This document shows, in pieces, positions 61,537 through 64,000 of a DNA stretch of 64,000 nucleotides. The stretch comes from Methanobacteriota archaeon. GTDB taxonomy: Archaea; Thermoplasmatota; Poseidoniia; Poseidoniales; Thalassarchaeaceae. The stretch's first letter is position 1, and every line of letters starts with the position of its first letter. The notes under the pieces are model-generated. The model was not told the origin of the DNA and did not search any database. It was given only the letters and a program-made list of their open reading frames with translations. The stretch spans positions 765 through 64,764 of the forward strand of contig PSPW01000001.1 in NCBI GenBank assembly GCA_004195615.1, given 5' to 3'. A program made the translations under genes and the position numbers.

Positions 61537-62574
61537 TCAGTATCTCCTAATGGAGTCGTATGCAAGCATGTTTAACAAAATTTCACCGAAATCTCTTGCA
61601 TATGCGCATAGTCTACGAGTCGATTCAGATATCCTATCCTCGAAGAGCAGCGGTGCTGCCTTGCGCTTCCCAGACCAGAGGCCTTCCTCGTGTTTCTCTA
61701 GTTCCAGTTGGGCTGCTTTGAGTGAGTTTCGAGCAGCCTCGATCTGATGGGCGTCTCGCTCCCTCAAGTTGATCATTAGGGTCTTAATCGAATCTAACCA
61801 TATTGGAAGGACTGAGAGGGGCATTTCTTCTAGTGAGAGTTTCGGTATCGATTCTGTCTCTAATGTTAGTTTTGCCATCTGATTCGCATGATCCATCATC
61901 CTCTCCAAGGAGCGGGCTAGGTTTGCATGCTCCACTCCCTGTTTGCGACTAAGCCCTAGTGACTTGGCAATCTGAGATGATGAGAGCATTGCCCCGACCT
62001 GCCTCTCAATGAGATACTGAAGGCCGTCAACCTCCCTCTCACGCTCTTCGTGGTCAGAGATCATCTCTCCGTCCCCGCCCCTAAGAACTTCCAAGATGTC
62101 CCTGACTAGTGAGGAGAGTAGCAGGTACATCCTGTTGAGACTGGCGTTCAGCGGGAGTTCTCCGGTATTCAGGAGACTGATTAGACGTGCGCTGACGTCG
62201 TTCTGCTCACCTATTTCGAAACCACGGGTAGAACGCAGGAAGCGTCGGACTACGCTACGAGTTTTTCTGCCCAACGAACTCTCGCTAAGGACGAGTATCT
62301 CCTGCACCCCTGAGATGTATGCTCCCATGAGATGATCGTAAAGCGCACCCTCAGGGAGATAATCAATTTGGATAGTGAGTTCGGTTCTTCTTTCTTCAAC
62401 ATTATCCAAAGGAGAGAGTATCAATTCACCACTATTCCTCCAATCAACGCGAATGCTGTCACGAGCAGAGAGATTGTTTGCAGTCACCCATGGCTTGGGT
62501 AGGCTCAGAGTGAATGTTGCCCCTCCCGTTAGTTGCAGTCTACGCACATCATGCTCCCCTGGACCAATGGGCAT
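61537..62574 (-). CDS. phoU: Archaeal PhoU-type phosphate uptake regulator (AbrB/SpoVT-like N-terminus plus PhoU repeats)
   Basis: RRLQLTGGATFTLSLPKPWVTANNL (swapped-hairpin type) followed by helical repeats EREVDGLQYLIERQ... It is adjacent to pit. Confidence 0.75.
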   Translation of the reverse strand: MPIGPGEHDVRRLQLTGGATFTLSLPKPWVTANNLSARDSIRVDWRNSGELILSPLDNVEERRTELTIQIDYLPEGALYDHLMGAYISGVQEILVLSESSLGRKTRSVVRRFLRSTRGFEIGEQNDVSARLISLLNTGELPLNASLNRMYLLLSSLVRDILEVLRGGDGEMISDHEEREREVDGLQYLIERQVGAMLSSSQIAKSLGLSRKQGVEHANLARSLERMMDHANQMAKLTLETESIPKLSLEEMPLSVLPIWLDSIKTLMINLRERDAHQIEAARNSLKAAQLELEKHEEGLWSGKRKAAPLLFEDRISESTRRLCAYARDFGEILLNMLAYDSIRRY

Positions 62575-62588
62575 GACGTTGCGAATCT

Positions 62589-62604
62589 AATTATTAATAT
62601 ATAG
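62589..62604. promoter_or_regulatory. AT-rich TATA-like element in the phoU <-> pit divergent intergenic region
   Basis: aattattaatatatag lies about 30 nt from both start codons, which suggests short or absent leaders. Confidence 0.4.
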
Positions 62605-62633
62605 ATTACCAAAGTTCTCTATCAAATACTCCA

Positions 62634-64000
62634 ATGGAATGGCCACTCCTTGTGGAACTCACAGGATTGATGTGGCTAGTACTGTTTGTTTCTCTAGCTG
62701 TTTGTGCCTACATGGCATGGAACATTGGTGCCAACGATGTTGCGAATGCGATGGGGACTTCAGTCGGATCCCGTGCTCTGACCCTAAAACAAGCAGTAAT
62801 CATCGCAGCCGTCTTCGAGTTTGCGGGGGCAATGATTGCAGGAGATGCAGTCACTGACACGGTTCGAAAGGGGATCCTAGTTGTCGATTTCGAGAATCGT
62901 GAGATGGTTGACGCTATTTCTGATGATCTAATGTACGGATTTATTGCGGCCATGATGGCAGCTGCCCTTTGGCTCACCACTGCGACAAGATATGGCCTTC
63001 CTGTGTCCACCACTCACAGCATAATCGGCGGAATTGTTGGAGTTGGCCTAGTCCTCGAGGTTCAACATGATGCGTCTCTAATTGACTGGGACGTAGTCGA
63101 GAAGGTGGCTATGTCTTGGGTGGTTAGCCCAGTGATGGGGGGGCTGTTCGCTTTCTTCACTTTCTGGATAATTAGGGAGACAATCCTTGAAGCCCCCGAA
63201 CCTGAGGCCCGGGCTCGCTGGATGGCTCCAATTCTAGCTATTCCAACATTCTTTGTCCTTGGGCTGGCACTTCAGTTCAAGGCCCTAAAGGGACTATTCA
63301 GCAGGCTCGACAGATCAGATTTTCTCGAAAAGGGAGACTGGTTGCCTGCCAACGAGAACGGGGTCTGGAACCCAATGGAAGCCAATGCGTGGTTTCCAAT
63401 CAACAGCCTCATCCTCGCAGTAGTCGTATCCATCATCGCTTCATTGGCACTGGCCTATGTCCTGCGAAATTACGACTTCAAGGGTGAGAAGGATGGATTC
63501 CATGGGGTTGAGAGGATTTTCGTATGGTTGCAAATCATCGCAGCTGCCTACATCGCCTTCGCTCACGGGGCCAATGACAGGTCAAATGCAATCGGCCCGA
63601 TGGCGGCTGTTTGGCAGGTTCTGTCTAGTAACGACGGGAAACTAGGTGCGGTGGCTGATGTACCATTCTGGCTCGTACTTCTGGGAAGCGCAGGCATAGT
63701 CATCGGCGTGGTAACGTGGGGGTGGAGAGTAATGGAAACGATTGGAAGCAAGATTACTGATATCACTCCTACTCGAGGTTTCGCTGCAACATTCGGTGGT
63801 GCGACGACTGTCCTAATCTTCTCAATGCCTTTCCTAGCTGTACCAGTTTCTACTACCCACACCCTAGTCGGGGCTGTGGTTGGAGTTGGTTTAGCTGGTG
63901 GTGCCAAAGCTGTCGATTTCAGAGTATTCGGGAAAATCATAGCCTCTTGGTTGGCGAGTCTTCCAGCTGCAGGGTTTGGTTCAATAGTGTTCTACGTCGC
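62634..64000 (+). CDS. pit: Inorganic phosphate transporter PiT family (3' end runs off the window)
   Basis: Absent from the ORF track because it has no stop in the window. Hand translation gives MEWPLLVELTGLMWLVLF..AWNIGANDVANAMGTSVGSRAL and, in the same frame at 63558, FAHGANDRSNAIGP (the second PiT repeat). Confidence 0.88.
   Translation, partial: MEWPLLVELTGLMWLVLFVSLAVCAYMAWNIGANDVANAMGTSVGSRALTLKQAVIIAAVFEFAGAMIAGDAVTDTVRKGILVVDFENREMVDAISDDLMYGFIAAMMAAALWLTTATRYGLPVSTTHSIIGGIVGVGLVLEVQHDASLIDWDVVEKVAMSWVVSPVMGGLFAFFTFWIIRETILEAPEPEARARWMAPILAIPTFFVLGLALQFKALKGLFSRLDRSDFLEKGDWLPANENGVWNPMEANAWFPINSLILAVVVSIIASLALAYVLRNYDFKGEKDGFHGVERIFVWLQIIAAAYIAFAHGANDRSNAIGPMAAVWQVLSSNDGKLGAVADVPFWLVLLGSAGIVIGVVTWGWRVMETIGSKITDITPTRGFAATFGGATTVLIFSMPFLAVPVSTTHTLVGAVVGVGLAGGAKAVDFRVFGKIIASWLASLPAAGFGSIVFYV

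Overview
Archaeal chromosomal segment. The r-protein set (eL19, eL32, eS4, eL41), thermosome, aSUI1, Rpp29 and an intron-containing tRNA-Trp indicate a euryarchaeon. The acidic proteome, many anchored exoproteins and the peptide/amino-acid catabolism genes suggest a marine planktonic Thermoplasmatota (MGII-like) heterotroph, but that is inference only. Layout: (1) 1-14.3 kb carries the conserved ribosomal-protein superoperon on the minus strand (uL3, uL4, uL23, uL2, uS19, uL22, uS3, uL29, SUI1, Rpp29, uS17, uL14, uL24, eS4, uL5, uS14, uS8, uL6, eL32, eL19, uL18, uS5, uL30, uL15, SecY). It is tightly packed with ATGA/GTGA start-stop overlaps. uS14 and SecY are missing from the ORF track and were recovered by hand translation. 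(2) 14.6-21 kb holds a Hef-like helicase, a translationally coupled pair (tandem flavodoxin fused to a Cys-less SdhB-like domain, plus a Cys-depleted HdrB/SdhE-like protein) and the thermosome. (3) 21-34 kb holds a giant anchored surface protein, an aminotransferase, an anchored subtilase, tRNA-Trp with a box C/D intron, large membrane proteins, a DUF92 protein and a PrsW-like protease. (4) 34.4-38.4 kb holds a mini TFB-type Zn-ribbon, a D-amino-acid oxidase, a type II (eukaryote-like) glutamine synthetase, a strikingly AT-rich divergent promoter and an MFS transporter. (5) 38.4-46.9 kb is an Opp/Dpp-type peptide ABC operon whose ATPase and permease carry extra transmembrane-like insertions. 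(6) 47-50.6 kb is a tRNA-rich patch with tRNA-Ala, a SprT-like protease, tRNA-Arg plus a degenerate copy of its 3' half about 620 bp downstream, a hidden eL41 gene, a BNR-propeller exoprotein, a ThiS/SAMP-like Ubl and tRNA-Ser. (7) 50.6-64 kb holds DUF3592-like and AIM24-like proteins, a RecB/Cas4-like nuclease with OB folds, GDPD-radical SAM-PdxT, SerC, DeoC, tRNA-Val, a TlpA-CcdA fusion, two Tmk paralogs, PhoU and PiT (which runs off the window). All five tRNA genes encode their 3' CCA. I saw no CRISPR array, rRNA, transposase or integrase. The two items I rank highest are the Fe-S-ligand-free SdhB/SdhE-like module fused to two flavodoxins (16.3-19.4 kb) and the ABC ATPase with membrane-helix insertions inside its nucleotide-binding domain (39.8-43.3 kb). 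All calls rest on reading the translations and DNA by eye. No database search was run.
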